Origin: Planctomycetota bacterium
Lineage (GTDB): Bacteria; Planctomycetota; SZUA-567; H5-PLA8
Reading direction: 5' to 3'
DNA length: 64,000 nt
Assembly (NCBI GenBank): GCA_038227875.1
Contig: JBBRPR010000014.1
Coordinates: 117,401 to 181,400 of the forward strand
The notes below the pieces were generated by a model, which saw only the letters and a list, made by a program, of their open reading frames with translations, did not search any database and had not been told where the DNA came from. Below are positions 26,888-37,107 of the stretch, piece by piece (positions within the stretch are counted from its first letter, which is position 1; each line of letters begins with the position of its first letter). The position numbers were made by a program, and so were the translations under genes.

Positions 26888-27715
26888 CTAAAAGTCGTCG
26901 CACGCGCGGTACGCGTCGATCACAGCCCGTTCGCCGTCCTTGCCCGGTCGGCTGTTGCCGTGTTCCATGCCCATCGGCAGCGTGCAGCCCTTGGCGTGGA
27001 TGTGTTTGAAGACGTTACGGTAGTTGATTTCGCCGGTCGTCGGTTCCTTGCGGCCCGGTGTGTCGCCGCACTGGAAGTAACCGATCTCGCTGTAGCAGGC
27101 ATCGACGTTGGGAATGAGATTGCCTTCGGTGATCTGCTGGTGGAAGAGGTCGCAGAGAATCTTGGCGCTGGGATGATTGACGGCTTTGCTGATCAAGTAC
27201 GCCTGCGGCATTTCGGCGAGGAAGACGCGCGGATGGCTGGAGAGGCGGTTGAGCGGCTCGAAGACCATGATCAGGCCGGACTTTTCGCAGATCTCGCAGC
27301 AGCGCTTGATCAGGTCGATGCAGTTCACGGTCTGGTAATCCCACGCGAGCTTCAGATCAAAGAGGCCCGGGACGACCGTGCACCACTTCGCGTTGACGCG
27401 CTTGGCGATCTCGACGGCGTTGCGCACATCGGCGAGGACCTTTTCGCGCAGTGCGGCGTCGGTGCCGGCGAAGGTCACGTGCTCGAAACTGGCGGCGGCC
27501 ACGAAGACGCCCATGGTCAGATTCAGTCGCGACATTTCGCGCGCAACCTTCTCCTGCGTCGCCACGTCGCGGCCGGGCATGCCATTGTCTTCAATCGCCG
27601 TGAACCCTTCGTCGGCGATGAATTTGATCTGATCGATCAGGTCCGGACCGGCGTGGTGCTGGAACATGCCGAAGTGCGGCGCGTATTGCAGTTTGAACGA
27701 GCGGGACGAACCCAT
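26888..27715 (-). CDS. Hydroxypyruvate isomerase-like TIM-barrel protein
   Basis: EPLN, DLFHQQITEGN, D.PGRKEPTTGEINY, GMEH. Confidence 0.85.
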   Translation of the reverse strand: MGSSRSFKLQYAPHFGMFQHHAGPDLIDQIKFIADEGFTAIEDNGMPGRDVATQEKVAREMSRLNLTMGVFVAAASFEHVTFAGTDAALREKVLADVRNAVEIAKRVNAKWCTVVPGLFDLKLAWDYQTVNCIDLIKRCCEICEKSGLIMVFEPLNRLSSHPRVFLAEMPQAYLISKAVNHPSAKILCDLFHQQITEGNLIPNVDACYSEIGYFQCGDTPGRKEPTTGEINYRNVFKHIHAKGCTLPMGMEHGNSRPGKDGERAVIDAYRACDDF

Positions 27716-27854
27716 AATGCGTGATCTCCTGTGGTCGGCCGAATCTATCGTGATTGAGGATGTATCCCCAAAATGTGATTCCCATGCTTATATACCCGCT
27801 GTTTACTGAGAAAGATGTATGCAATAGTGTGATATAGAGTTTACAATTTGTGAT

Positions 27855-28691
27855 ATGGCTACGCAGAGTCCTCCGACAACATTGAATGAATTGTGGCGCA
27901 TTCGTTCGTTTGGCTTGCATCAACGCGTCGATCCCAAGGGCAAGCCGTGGTGGTTCCACAACAATGAACGCTCGCCCTATGGCGTGATGATTCTGCAGTA
28001 CACCGTCAGCGGCAAGATGGTCTACCGTGACGCGCACGGAGAAGTGGAGGTGACACCCGGCCACGCCGCGCTCTTCGCGTTCGACGAGGAAAGCGAATAC
28101 GGCATCCGCCGCGAATTTCCGGAGACGCTTTCGACGCAGCATTTCGTACTGGAGGGCGCGGGACTGGTGGCGCACGGCAATGCGATCCGGCGTCAGTTCG
28201 GTTCGGTCTTCAATCTCGGGGAGGACAACCCGATTCTGCAGCACCTGCGGGAACTCTGCGGCCGCCCCGCGCCGCGCAGCACCGCAGAAGTGAGTCTGGC
28301 CGCCGCGGAGGTCTACAGCGTCTTCATGCGCCTCTACACCTTCCTGGACGAACGCCATTCCAGCGAGAAGCGGCCCGTGGAGCGCGCGATCGACGAGTTG
28401 CAGCGCCACGCCATTGGCAGTCTTTCTCTAAAGGAAGTCGCGCTGCGCCACGGCTGTTCGCGCGAGCACCTCACGCGCGTGTTCTCGGAACGGCTGGGCA
28501 CGTCCCCGGCGCGATTTTTGAAGCGCGCCAAGCTCATCCGCGCGCTGGAACTGCTCCGCGAAACCCGTCTCCCGGTTCAGCGCATCGCCGAGCAGTGTGG
28601 GTTCGCGTCGAAGCACACGCTGGCGCGCTGGGTGCGGGTCGAGACCGGCGCGACGCCGGGTGGGTATCGGGGGCGGGAGGCCAAAGGTTGA
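27855..28691 (+). CDS. AraC family transcriptional regulator
   Basis: C-terminal double HTH: SLKEVA...SREHLTRVF...IAEQCGF. Confidence 0.9.
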   Translation: MATQSPPTTLNELWRIRSFGLHQRVDPKGKPWWFHNNERSPYGVMILQYTVSGKMVYRDAHGEVEVTPGHAALFAFDEESEYGIRREFPETLSTQHFVLEGAGLVAHGNAIRRQFGSVFNLGEDNPILQHLRELCGRPAPRSTAEVSLAAAEVYSVFMRLYTFLDERHSSEKRPVERAIDELQRHAIGSLSLKEVALRHGCSREHLTRVFSERLGTSPARFLKRAKLIRALELLRETRLPVQRIAEQCGFASKHTLARWVRVETGATPGGYRGREAKG

Positions 28692-28832
28692 GTACCCGAA
28701 AAAATCGAGCTTATGACGAAAGGCATTTATGTCAGGAAGGATGCGCGGGACTCACGCGCCGTCCAAGTAGTATTCGCAAATCGCGCGAAACATTGCATAC
28801 TTAAGGCTGGAATACGCACGGAGAAACGATTC

Positions 28833-29360
28833 ATGTCGGGTGAGACAGGCGCGGACAAAGGCGCTGAAAAGGAAGAGTCTTTCGAAGTTCTGCTGGCGCG
28901 GCTGGAGTCGATTGTCAGCCAGCTCGAAGGTGGCGCGCGGCCGCTCGACGAAAGTCTGGCGCTCTATGAAAGCGGTGTCGCGGCGCTGAAGCGCTGCCAC
29001 ACGGTGCTCGACAAGGCCGACAAACGCATTCGCCTGTTGTTGCAGGACGGGCAGGGCAATCCGCAGTTGCGCGACGCGGAGATTCCCAATCGCGGTGCGG
29101 AGAAAGAGAAGGGGAGTTCGCGCCGAGCAGCGGCGCCGGTCTCTGTGACACCTTCCGAGACAGTGGATGAAGATGCGGAAGACGACCCTGGACCTGCGCG
29201 CGAAGTGCAGAAGAAAGTTGAGAATTCTGAAGATCAACGTGTTGACTCAGAGGCTGACAGCCAGCACAATTCCCCGACTTCTGTGAAAACGAAACCGAAG
29301 CCGAAGCCGGGCCAGAGCGGTAATAAAGCTGGAGGATTGTTATTTGGCAGCGCGCAATAA
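28833..29360 (+). CDS. xseB: Exodeoxyribonuclease VII small subunit with long C-terminal tail
   Basis: SFE..LARLESIVSQLE....LDESLALYESG; conserved xseB-ispA-dxs order. Confidence 0.9.
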   Translation: MSGETGADKGAEKEESFEVLLARLESIVSQLEGGARPLDESLALYESGVAALKRCHTVLDKADKRIRLLLQDGQGNPQLRDAEIPNRGAEKEKGSSRRAAAPVSVTPSETVDEDAEDDPGPAREVQKKVENSEDQRVDSEADSQHNSPTSVKTKPKPKPGQSGNKAGGLLFGSAQ

Positions 29361-30288
29361 GTCGACAGGTCCGGAGCTGACCACCGCTTCCCGGGCGTCG
29401 GCCGATTACGCCGGAACCGCGAAGGCGTTTCTGGAAGAGTGTCGGACGTACATCGACAAGAAGCTCGACGAGGTGCTCCCCGCCGAGTCGGTACAGCCCA
29501 CGACCTTGCACAAGGCCATGCGGTACTCGGTCCGAGCCGGCGGCAAGCGCCTGCGCCCGGCGCTGGTTTTCGCCGCGGCCGAATGCGTCGGCGGATCCCG
29601 CGAAGACGCCACGCCGGCCGCCTGTGCCGTCGAGATGATCCATACCTACTCCCTGATCCACGACGACCTGCCGGCGATGGACGACGACGACCTTCGCCGC
29701 GGTCTGCCGACCTGCCACAAAGTCTTCGGCGAAGCCATGGCCATCCTGGCTGGCGACGCCCTCTTGACGTACTCCTTTGAAGTGCTGACGGCCACAAAAC
29801 ACACAGCATCTATCGCAGGAATCGTCAGAGCCATCGCCCGCGGCGTCGGTACACAGGGTATGGTGGGCGGTCAGGTGCTGGATATAGAAGGGGAAGGCAA
29901 GCCGCCGACGCTGGCTTCTGTCTGTGCGATTCATTCCTGGAAGACCGCGGCGCTGATCACGGCGTGCTGCGAAGCGGGCGCGCTGGCCGGCGAAGCTACC
30001 CAAACAGAATACGAACATCTTACTGAATACGGTCGAAACATTGGGCTGGCTTTTCAAATCGTCGACGATATACTCGACATCACCGCCACACCAGAAGAGT
30101 TAGGAAAAACACCGGGCAAAGATGCACGAGTAGGCAAGGCGACGTACCCCGCTGTGATGGGGCAGGAAAAGGCCCAGCAGGAGGCGACTCGGCTGGCGAA
30201 TCAAGCGTTCGAAGCGCTGGAGATTTTTGGACCCCGCGCCAGCAAGTTGGAAGCTTTGGGACGGTTTGTGATCGAACGCAGTTCGTAA
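29344..30288 (+). CDS. ispA: Farnesyl/geranylgeranyl diphosphate synthase
   Basis: GGKRLRP, SLIHDDLPAMDDDDLRRG, GQVLD, FQIVDDILD; TTG start behind GGAGG. Confidence 0.92.
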   Translation: MAARNKSTGPELTTASRASADYAGTAKAFLEECRTYIDKKLDEVLPAESVQPTTLHKAMRYSVRAGGKRLRPALVFAAAECVGGSREDATPAACAVEMIHTYSLIHDDLPAMDDDDLRRGLPTCHKVFGEAMAILAGDALLTYSFEVLTATKHTASIAGIVRAIARGVGTQGMVGGQVLDIEGEGKPPTLASVCAIHSWKTAALITACCEAGALAGEATQTEYEHLTEYGRNIGLAFQIVDDILDITATPEELGKTPGKDARVGKATYPAVMGQEKAQQEATRLANQAFEALEIFGPRASKLEALGRFVIERSS

Positions 30289-30364
30289 ATCGGGCAACCT
30301 TAACGATCTGTTCGCAATCAGGCTACACGTTTGCTTAACAGCTTTAGAGGAGAGAGTTTTTTAA

Positions 30365-32377
30365 ATGAGTGATCCTACTGCCTTGACGAGCACAGGTGCA
30401 TCGGCGGACCATCTCTTGAAACCTTTGGAAGATGCCGCGCACAAAGCTGGAGCCGCAGTCGGTGCGGAACGGCCGCTCATTAACTGCCCGATCGCCCGCC
30501 CCTTCCTGAGGAACATCTCGGGTCCGGCGGACATGAAGCGCATCCCGACGGAATACCTCCCCGAACTCGCCTCCGAAATCCGCGAGAAGATCAATTCGAC
30601 GGTGCAGGTGACCGGCGGACATCTCTCGTCGAATCTCGGCGTGACCGAACTGACCATCGCGCTCCACAAGGTGTTCGACTTCAATGTCGACCGCCTGGTG
30701 TTTGACGTCGGCCATCAGGTCTACCCGCATAAGCTGCTCACCGGCCGCGTCGATCAGTTCCACACGCTGCGCCAGAAGGAAGGCATCTCCGGCTATCCCA
30801 ACCCGGCCGAGAGCCACTATGACCTCTTCATGACCGCTCACGCCGGTTGCGCCGTCAGCTCGACGCTGGGCCTGGCCGTTGGCGACCACATGCAGGGCAT
30901 ACAGTCGCAGTGCATCGCCGTCTGCGGCGACGGCGCATTGACCGCCGGTCTGGTTTTTGAAGCCATGAACAACGCCGGTTGGCTCAAGGAAGACATGCTG
31001 GTCATCCTCAACGACAATGAACATTCGATCAGCCCGATCACCGGAGCGCTCTCGGCGACCTGCGCCAACCTGCGCGCCAATCACTTCATCCGCAACGCGA
31101 AGGCGAAGGGCAAGGAACTGCTCGAGAAGATTCCGTACGTCGGCAAGGACGTGGAACGCTTCGCCGAACAGGCGATGGATGCCGTCAGCCGCGCCGCTCA
31201 CGCGCCCGGCTCGATCTTCCTCGACCTGGGCTTCCGCTACTACGGTCCCGTCGACGGCCACGACATTGAAGGCCTGATCCGCTGGCTGACGGAAATGAAG
31301 ACCGTCAAGGGCCCCAAGCTGCTCCACATCGTCACCAAGAAGGGCAACGGACTGCCGTGGGCCGAGAAGGACGCGGTCACTTGGCACGGTGCCAAGCCTT
31401 ACGAAGTTCAGGGCGAAGAAGCGCGCATCAAGAAGGCCGCCGCGCCGACTCCGCCGTCGTACACGAAGGTGATCAGCGACGCGATCGTCAAGCAGGCGAA
31501 GAACGACGAGAAGGTCGTCGCGATTACCGCCGCGATGCGCGAAGGCACCGAACTGCTGAACTTCCAGAAGACGTTCCCGAAGCGCTATTTCGACGTCGGC
31601 ATCTGCGAACAGCACGCGGTGACGTTCGCCGCCGCGCTGGCCAAGACGGGCATTCATCCGATCGCCTGCATTTACTCCAGCTTCCTCCAGCGCGGCATCG
31701 ACCAGTTGATGCATGACGTCTCGCTGCAGGACGGACTGCCGGTGGTCTTCTGCATCGATCGCGCTGGCGTTGTCGGCGACGACGGCCCGACGCACGGCGG
31801 TGTCTTCGACCTCGCGTACATGCGGGCGTTCCCGTTCTTCGTGCTGATGGCCCCCAAGGATCAGATCGAAGCCGAAGCGATGGTCGATTGGGCCGTCAAG
31901 GCGCGCAAGCCAGTGGCGATCCGCTACCCCCGCGACAACGTTCCTGCCGCGCCGCTCACGCCGGTCTTCAAGCCGATCGAACTGGGCAAGGGCGAAGTCA
32001 TTCGCCGTGGCGAAAAGACTGCGTTGCTGGCCTACGGTGCGATGGTCGTCCACGCGCTGGAAGCCGCCGACAAGATCGAGAAGCAGACCGGCCAGAAGGT
32101 AACCGTGGCCAACGCGCGCTTCTGCAAGCCCTTCGATGAAGCGTTGCTGGCCGACATGATCGACAACCACGACCGCGTGTTCACGCTGGAAGATCATCAG
32201 CTGATCAACGGTTTCGGTTCCGCCGCGCTAGAAACGGCGGGGGATCTGGGCCTCGACACCCGCAAGATCAAGCGCCTGGGCATCGGCGACCACTACGTCC
32301 AGCACGGGCCGCGCAAGTGGCAGCTGGGCAAGTGCGGGCTGGACGCGGATGGGATTGTGAAGTCGGTCTTGAAGTAA
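30365..32377 (+). CDS. dxs: 1-deoxy-D-xylulose-5-phosphate synthase
   Basis: GGHLSSNLG, DVGHQ.YPHK, GDGALT...NDN, DVGICEQHA, YSSFLQR, DRAG...DGPTH. Confidence 0.95.
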   Translation: MSDPTALTSTGASADHLLKPLEDAAHKAGAAVGAERPLINCPIARPFLRNISGPADMKRIPTEYLPELASEIREKINSTVQVTGGHLSSNLGVTELTIALHKVFDFNVDRLVFDVGHQVYPHKLLTGRVDQFHTLRQKEGISGYPNPAESHYDLFMTAHAGCAVSSTLGLAVGDHMQGIQSQCIAVCGDGALTAGLVFEAMNNAGWLKEDMLVILNDNEHSISPITGALSATCANLRANHFIRNAKAKGKELLEKIPYVGKDVERFAEQAMDAVSRAAHAPGSIFLDLGFRYYGPVDGHDIEGLIRWLTEMKTVKGPKLLHIVTKKGNGLPWAEKDAVTWHGAKPYEVQGEEARIKKAAAPTPPSYTKVISDAIVKQAKNDEKVVAITAAMREGTELLNFQKTFPKRYFDVGICEQHAVTFAAALAKTGIHPIACIYSSFLQRGIDQLMHDVSLQDGLPVVFCIDRAGVVGDDGPTHGGVFDLAYMRAFPFFVLMAPKDQIEAEAMVDWAVKARKPVAIRYPRDNVPAAPLTPVFKPIELGKGEVIRRGEKTALLAYGAMVVHALEAADKIEKQTGQKVTVANARFCKPFDEALLADMIDNHDRVFTLEDHQLINGFGSAALETAGDLGLDTRKIKRLGIGDHYVQHGPRKWQLGKCGLDADGIVKSVLK

Positions 32378-32419
32378 CCAGTTGGCAGTCGGCAGTAGCA
32401 GTCGAATCCAAGTTTCAGG

Positions 32420-32448
32420 AAAGAGCGCCCTTAAGGGGCGCTCTTTTC
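32420..32448. terminator. Bidirectional terminator
   Basis: AAAGAGCGCCC-TTAAG-GGGCGCTCTTTTC. Confidence 0.75.
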
Positions 32449-32973
32449 GTTGAGTCGGGCTTCGCGCTTTCGAATACGCCACTCGCAAAATAGCGCAACT
32501 AGAGCGACAACTGATACTGCAAGCAGTATGTCCCAAACTAAAAACGCGATGTCAATCATGGGTGGGCGGTGCAGAACGCTCTGAGCCAGTTCGTCCTTCA
32601 GCACGATTTTTATTTCTTCGTTATCGCTCGAAGCGAGTTCCTTGTGAAACGCAAACGGCCACCCATATGCCTTGATGGGAAAGATAAAATCACGATTGTT
32701 CGGATCGGGATACCGGTTGACTACGCGTTGCATGTCAGAGTGCTGCACGAGATTCAATCCCATGAATGCCGACGCCAATACCGATAAAATAATCACTGTG
32801 CTTAGATGCAGTTTTCCGTGGCAGGATCGGAGCGCTATCTCAACAAGTAAACCCGTTCCAATTGGAGGGCCAATCACGAGTAGCACGAGCGCGCCCGGTA
32901 AAAACAACGGAGCAAGCGAGAATGCAAGGAGTCCAACGATGATACATGAAATTATTCGCGCGATTTTTCCCAT
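32431..32973 (-). CDS. Small membrane protein with LHLST and YGWP motifs
   Basis: KLHLSTVIIL..MGLNL...AYGWPF; several TM helices; AT-richer codon use. Confidence 0.65.
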   Translation of the reverse strand: MGKIARIISCIIVGLLAFSLAPLFLPGALVLLVIGPPIGTGLLVEIALRSCHGKLHLSTVIILSVLASAFMGLNLVQHSDMQRVVNRYPDPNNRDFIFPIKAYGWPFAFHKELASSDNEEIKIVLKDELAQSVLHRPPMIDIAFLVWDILLAVSVVALVALFCEWRIRKREARLNEKSAP

Positions 32974-33325
32974 CGTTCACACCGCATACGGACCATTAGT
33001 AAATTCGATGATAAGACTATCACGATAAAATGCATCACTTTCACGGAATACAAATCGCCTTATACGGAACTTTACCTGCGATTCCCCCGCGTCGCCTTGG
33101 TCGCGGTCCGCTGCGGACTGCCGGGCACCCTGTTGAACGGACGCGGGGGGATCACTATTTAATCGCAGTGTGTAATTTGAGTTGGGTTCCGCTGACGCGG
33201 TATTTCCAAAAATTCACGCCACTTTTTGCGGCAAATCGGCTTTCCCCGGATCAGCTTGGGTGGAAAGGGGTTGAACTATGCCGAGCGCCGAAGTATGCCA
33301 GACCCTCACGCCGCGGGAGGAACTC

Positions 33326-36300
33326 GTGATCGCCACACCCGGTCCCGATACCAGTGACGATGCCACCCTGCTGCGCCGGTACGCCACCGCGGGAGATTCC
33401 GCCGCGGCCGAAGAACTCCTCCGCCGCCACCTCGATTTCCTCTACCGTACCGCTCTGCGCTGGCACGGCCGCGCGCCGGATGCCGACGACGCCGTGCAGA
33501 CGGCGTTGCTGAATGTGCTGCAGCAGGCGCGCCAATTTCGCGGGCAGGGCTCTGTGCGTTCGTGGCTGCTGACCGTTCTTCTGAACGTGCTCCGGCGTCA
33601 GGCCCGGGATACGCAATCGCAGCGCGCTCGGGAGGAGCAGATGGCCGCCACGCGTGAGAGTACGACGGCGCTGAAGGATGACTCCGAACTCGCCCAGGCC
33701 GCCGTGCTCAGCGTCAACGGACTGCCGCAGCATTACCGATTACCGCTGAGCCTCCACTTCCTCGAACAGATGTCGATGCGCGAAGTCGCCGCGGCGCTCG
33801 ACATCCCCGAGAAGACCGTGCGCAGCCAGATCGACCGCGGCCTGGAGCTCGTCCGTCAGTCGCTTGCAGCCACGGGTTATGCCGTCGCGTTGCCCGCGCT
33901 TCCAGCTGTGTTCGCCGCCGCCCATTTGGCGCCGGCGCCGCTGGCGCTCTCGGCAACGGTCCACGCGCTCGTACTGAACGCGACTGCCAAAGGTGCTGCG
34001 ACCGCCGGCGCGCTGGCCGGTTCAAAGAGCGCCGGGGCGGGCGTGTTCGCGCTCAAGGCTGGCATTCCGACGCTGCTGGCGATCGGCGCACTCACTGCTG
34101 CGCTGCATTTCTCCAACGCCGTGATGCCGACGTTGCCTGTTACGAAGGGCGACGCGCCAGCGCCGGTCGTCGCCGCTCCAACCGTTACGACCAGTGCGGA
34201 TGTGCCCGCCGATCTCGCGGGAAAGCTGGCGATGAAGGTCGATGTCAACTTCTACCGCGACTATCCGATCGAAGTGCTGCAATACCTGCGGAGTCAGACG
34301 GGCCTGCCTTACGCCATGGCGGATGCCGCGCAGCAAGCGGGGACGCTCCACCTGAAGCAAACCAGCATCAGCGTGCGCGATGTACTCGACAAAATGGCGG
34401 CAGCGTGCGGATTGGAAGTAGAGGTTGCTCACGGCCGCGTGCTGCTCTGGAAAAAGGCTGACGAAGACATACTGAAACTTTTCCATGGGCGTTTGAAAGA
34501 TTCCGACCGCTGGGTTCGCGCCAGGACGGCTTGGGAACTCTCGTCGCTCGGCGACAAACGGGTTCCTGGATTGTTGCTGCAAGCCTGCGCAGATAAGGAT
34601 GTCGGAGTGACGCTATGGGCGGCGCGCGGCTTGAATAAATTTCTAAACGTATTGCCTTATGTTGACGGCGACCGGGCGCCCGCGGTGGCGGCGGCGAAGC
34701 GCCTGTGCACGTTGAAATCGTGGGATCTCCGTTTTGAATTGCTGGGCGCGTTGAGCACGCCGGAAGCAACGGCGGCGCTGATTGGGTACAGCGAAAGCCT
34801 GGATCCGTCAGTACGCAGTAGAGGCATCAGCGGGCTGGCCAGAGACCGCCAACCTCAGGCACTGGAGTATCTGCTGGGGAAAACAGTGCTCGTTGCGGAC
34901 GTTGAGCCCTCGGACTCCGTGTTGCCGTGGGAAGCGTTGGAGGCAGTGCTGGCCGATGCGCTGGGCCAGTCGGAAGATCCGCGGGCGATCGACGCGTTAT
35001 TGACCTTTACACGGAAACCTCGCGCCAGGGAAGTTGACCAGAACCGGGTGGGACACGCGGTCGCGGCACTGGCGCGATTCAATACTCCGCAGGCCTGCGC
35101 GCGAGTGGCGGAGTTGCTCAAGAATCCGGAAATATTCACCTGCATGTTTCCCAGCAAGCATTTGCAGTCCATGGATCCAGCAGTGTTGAACGTGTGTTTT
35201 ACCTACCTTCATGACCCCGATGAAAACAAGGCGCGCATCGCACGTTGGACGCTGGGCGCCGCGCGCGACCCGCGTGCACTGGATGCGATGGTTACGGAGG
35301 CCAATGATCGTTCGAACATCAACGCGAGATGGGTTGATGAGATTGCTGCGTCTCGCGATCCCCGCGGCGAGGAATTGGTCGTCAAGCACTATGAGGAGAG
35401 TAAGAGCAATCCGGACGAAGCGAACTACCAGGGAAGTCCCGGCTTGCTCCTGCTGGCGACGCGCAATCCCAAAAAAATTGATCGATTGATCGCCGACATG
35501 AAGGATGAACGCAAAGACCTGCCGGCTCGTCTGGCGGCGGCGTCCACGCTTACGTTTGCCACTCAGCGTACCCCGGAGCAGGAGTCTGATATTCTCGCCT
35601 GGATCGGCAGCGCAGATCGAAAATTCAGGTGCGCAATGGTTCTGCATGGCCATGGGCTGTGGAGCAACGACGCGCGTTGGACTGCCTTACTGGAGGAACT
35701 GAAACAAGATTCGGACCCGAAAGTGCGCGACGCGGTGGCCGGTGATATGCATCGCCGTGAAGATCCTGCGGCGATGAAAGCGACCATTGAAACGTTGCGC
35801 AACGGCGACGCGGAATCTCGACGCCAGATTCTCGACGTAAATGCGCAGGAGGGCGAGCTTGTGCGCAGCGGCGAGCCGCTGATCGCAGACGCCATGGCTC
35901 AGTTGCTGACGAATGAGGATCGCGATACGCAGGCAGCAGCGGCCTGCGCGCTGGGCGTGATCCACGATGCGCGAGCGCCTGTGCCGCTGCTGGCGCAGCT
36001 GGCTTTGACGCCTGCACCGGATCAAGGATTCGCCCGCATTACGTATGACGGACAATGTACGCCGCGCGCGGCCCTGTTGATTTTGGCCACCAACGGCAAC
36101 GCTGACGCCGCACGCGCGCTTCATAAACTCGTACGCGTTCCGGAACTCGATTCGGACTTTTTAGACAACATGGTCAAATCCCACGAGCCTGTCCTGGTAA
36201 AAACAGTTGCCGACGTAGCGCTCGATGCCACCGTACCATCGCTGCTTCGGTTGACTGCAGTAATGGCGGTCTACTCTTACGGCACAGATGCCGCAACGAG

Positions 36301-37018
36301 GTCCATGATGGCCCAGTTGATGCGCGATCAGCTGAGCGATCCGGAGACGGACCCCAAGGCGCGCGTTTCCATCCTGAGCGTGCTCGTGCGCACCGGCGAA
36401 GCAAAGGATCTCGACCTCGTCTTCGAACAGATGCGTCAGATAACTGTTGAGAGAAGCAGCGACGTCGGAGATCTGGCGTATGCCCGTCCCAAAGATGTTA
36501 ATGGATTCGTGCAACACTTGGTGAAATTCATTGGCGACAGCACCATCAATCTAAATTTACGTTCAGAGGCTGCCGGAGCGCTGCTGAAATTCCGCGATCG
36601 CCATGAAGCGGAAATGGAGAAATTTACGCCCGGACCCGCCGAGTTGCTGATTCAGCTCTCGTCGGTCGGAGCAGTCTCTGACATGACGCGCCAGCGCCGA
36701 TGGAATGCGCTGATGGAAACCAAGGACCCCGTCGCACTGGAATTTGTGCGTCGCACGTTGAAGTCGGGTGAATTTCATGATCGGATGATAATTGCCGGCT
36801 GGCTGGCGTTATCAAAAGGCGACCACGAATCTGTCAGCGTGCTGATCGAACTTTTGAAGGATAGCGATGCAAAGAACGCCTCGGTGGCAGCCGCCTCGGT
36901 TGAAAATTGTGCCAAGCAGACCGTCGTCTCGGATGCCGATCAAAAACGCCTGACCGAAGCACTTGCCGCGTATAGGAAGACACTGCCCAATCCATTCGAG
37001 CAAAAGGAAGGGTTTTAA
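33326..37018 (+). CDS. ECF sigma factor fused through a TM segment to STN-like and HEAT-repeat domains
   Basis: sigma2 DADDAVQ...RSWL; sigma4 SMREVAAALDIPEKTVRSQIDRG; GTG start behind GGAGG; many HEAT-like repeats. Confidence 0.85.
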   Translation: MIATPGPDTSDDATLLRRYATAGDSAAAEELLRRHLDFLYRTALRWHGRAPDADDAVQTALLNVLQQARQFRGQGSVRSWLLTVLLNVLRRQARDTQSQRAREEQMAATRESTTALKDDSELAQAAVLSVNGLPQHYRLPLSLHFLEQMSMREVAAALDIPEKTVRSQIDRGLELVRQSLAATGYAVALPALPAVFAAAHLAPAPLALSATVHALVLNATAKGAATAGALAGSKSAGAGVFALKAGIPTLLAIGALTAALHFSNAVMPTLPVTKGDAPAPVVAAPTVTTSADVPADLAGKLAMKVDVNFYRDYPIEVLQYLRSQTGLPYAMADAAQQAGTLHLKQTSISVRDVLDKMAAACGLEVEVAHGRVLLWKKADEDILKLFHGRLKDSDRWVRARTAWELSSLGDKRVPGLLLQACADKDVGVTLWAARGLNKFLNVLPYVDGDRAPAVAAAKRLCTLKSWDLRFELLGALSTPEATAALIGYSESLDPSVRSRGISGLARDRQPQALEYLLGKTVLVADVEPSDSVLPWEALEAVLADALGQSEDPRAIDALLTFTRKPRAREVDQNRVGHAVAALARFNTPQACARVAELLKNPEIFTCMFPSKHLQSMDPAVLNVCFTYLHDPDENKARIARWTLGAARDPRALDAMVTEANDRSNINARWVDEIAASRDPRGEELVVKHYEESKSNPDEANYQGSPGLLLLATRNPKKIDRLIADMKDERKDLPARLAAASTLTFATQRTPEQESDILAWIGSADRKFRCAMVLHGHGLWSNDARWTALLEELKQDSDPKVRDAVAGDMHRREDPAAMKATIETLRNGDAESRRQILDVNAQEGELVRSGEPLIADAMAQLLTNEDRDTQAAAACALGVIHDARAPVPLLAQLALTPAPDQGFARITYDGQCTPRAALLILATNGNADAARALHKLVRVPELDSDFLDNMVKSHEPVLVKTVADVALDATVPSLLRLTAVMAVYSYGTDAATRSMMAQLMRDQLSDPETDPKARVSILSVLVRTGEAKDLDLVFEQMRQITVERSSDVGDLAYARPKDVNGFVQHLVKFIGDSTINLNLRSEAAGALLKFRDRHEAEMEKFTPGPAELLIQLSSVGAVSDMTRQRRWNALMETKDPVALEFVRRTLKSGEFHDRMIIAGWLALSKGDHESVSVLIELLKDSDAKNASVAAASVENCAKQTVVSDADQKRLTEALAAYRKTLPNPFEQKEGF

Positions 37019-37052
37019 ACAATCGCACAACTTATTTCTGAAAAATGAAGGC

Positions 37053-37101
37053 TTGACGCAGTCGTTTCGCACTGTAATATCCGTTTCGTACAGTGAAACG
37101 G
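37053..37101 (+). promoter_or_regulatory. sigma70 promoter plus palindromic IclR-type operator
   Basis: TTGACG-N16-TAATAT followed directly by CCGTTTC-N7-GAAACGG. Confidence 0.65.
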
Positions 37102-37107
37102 TGCTAA

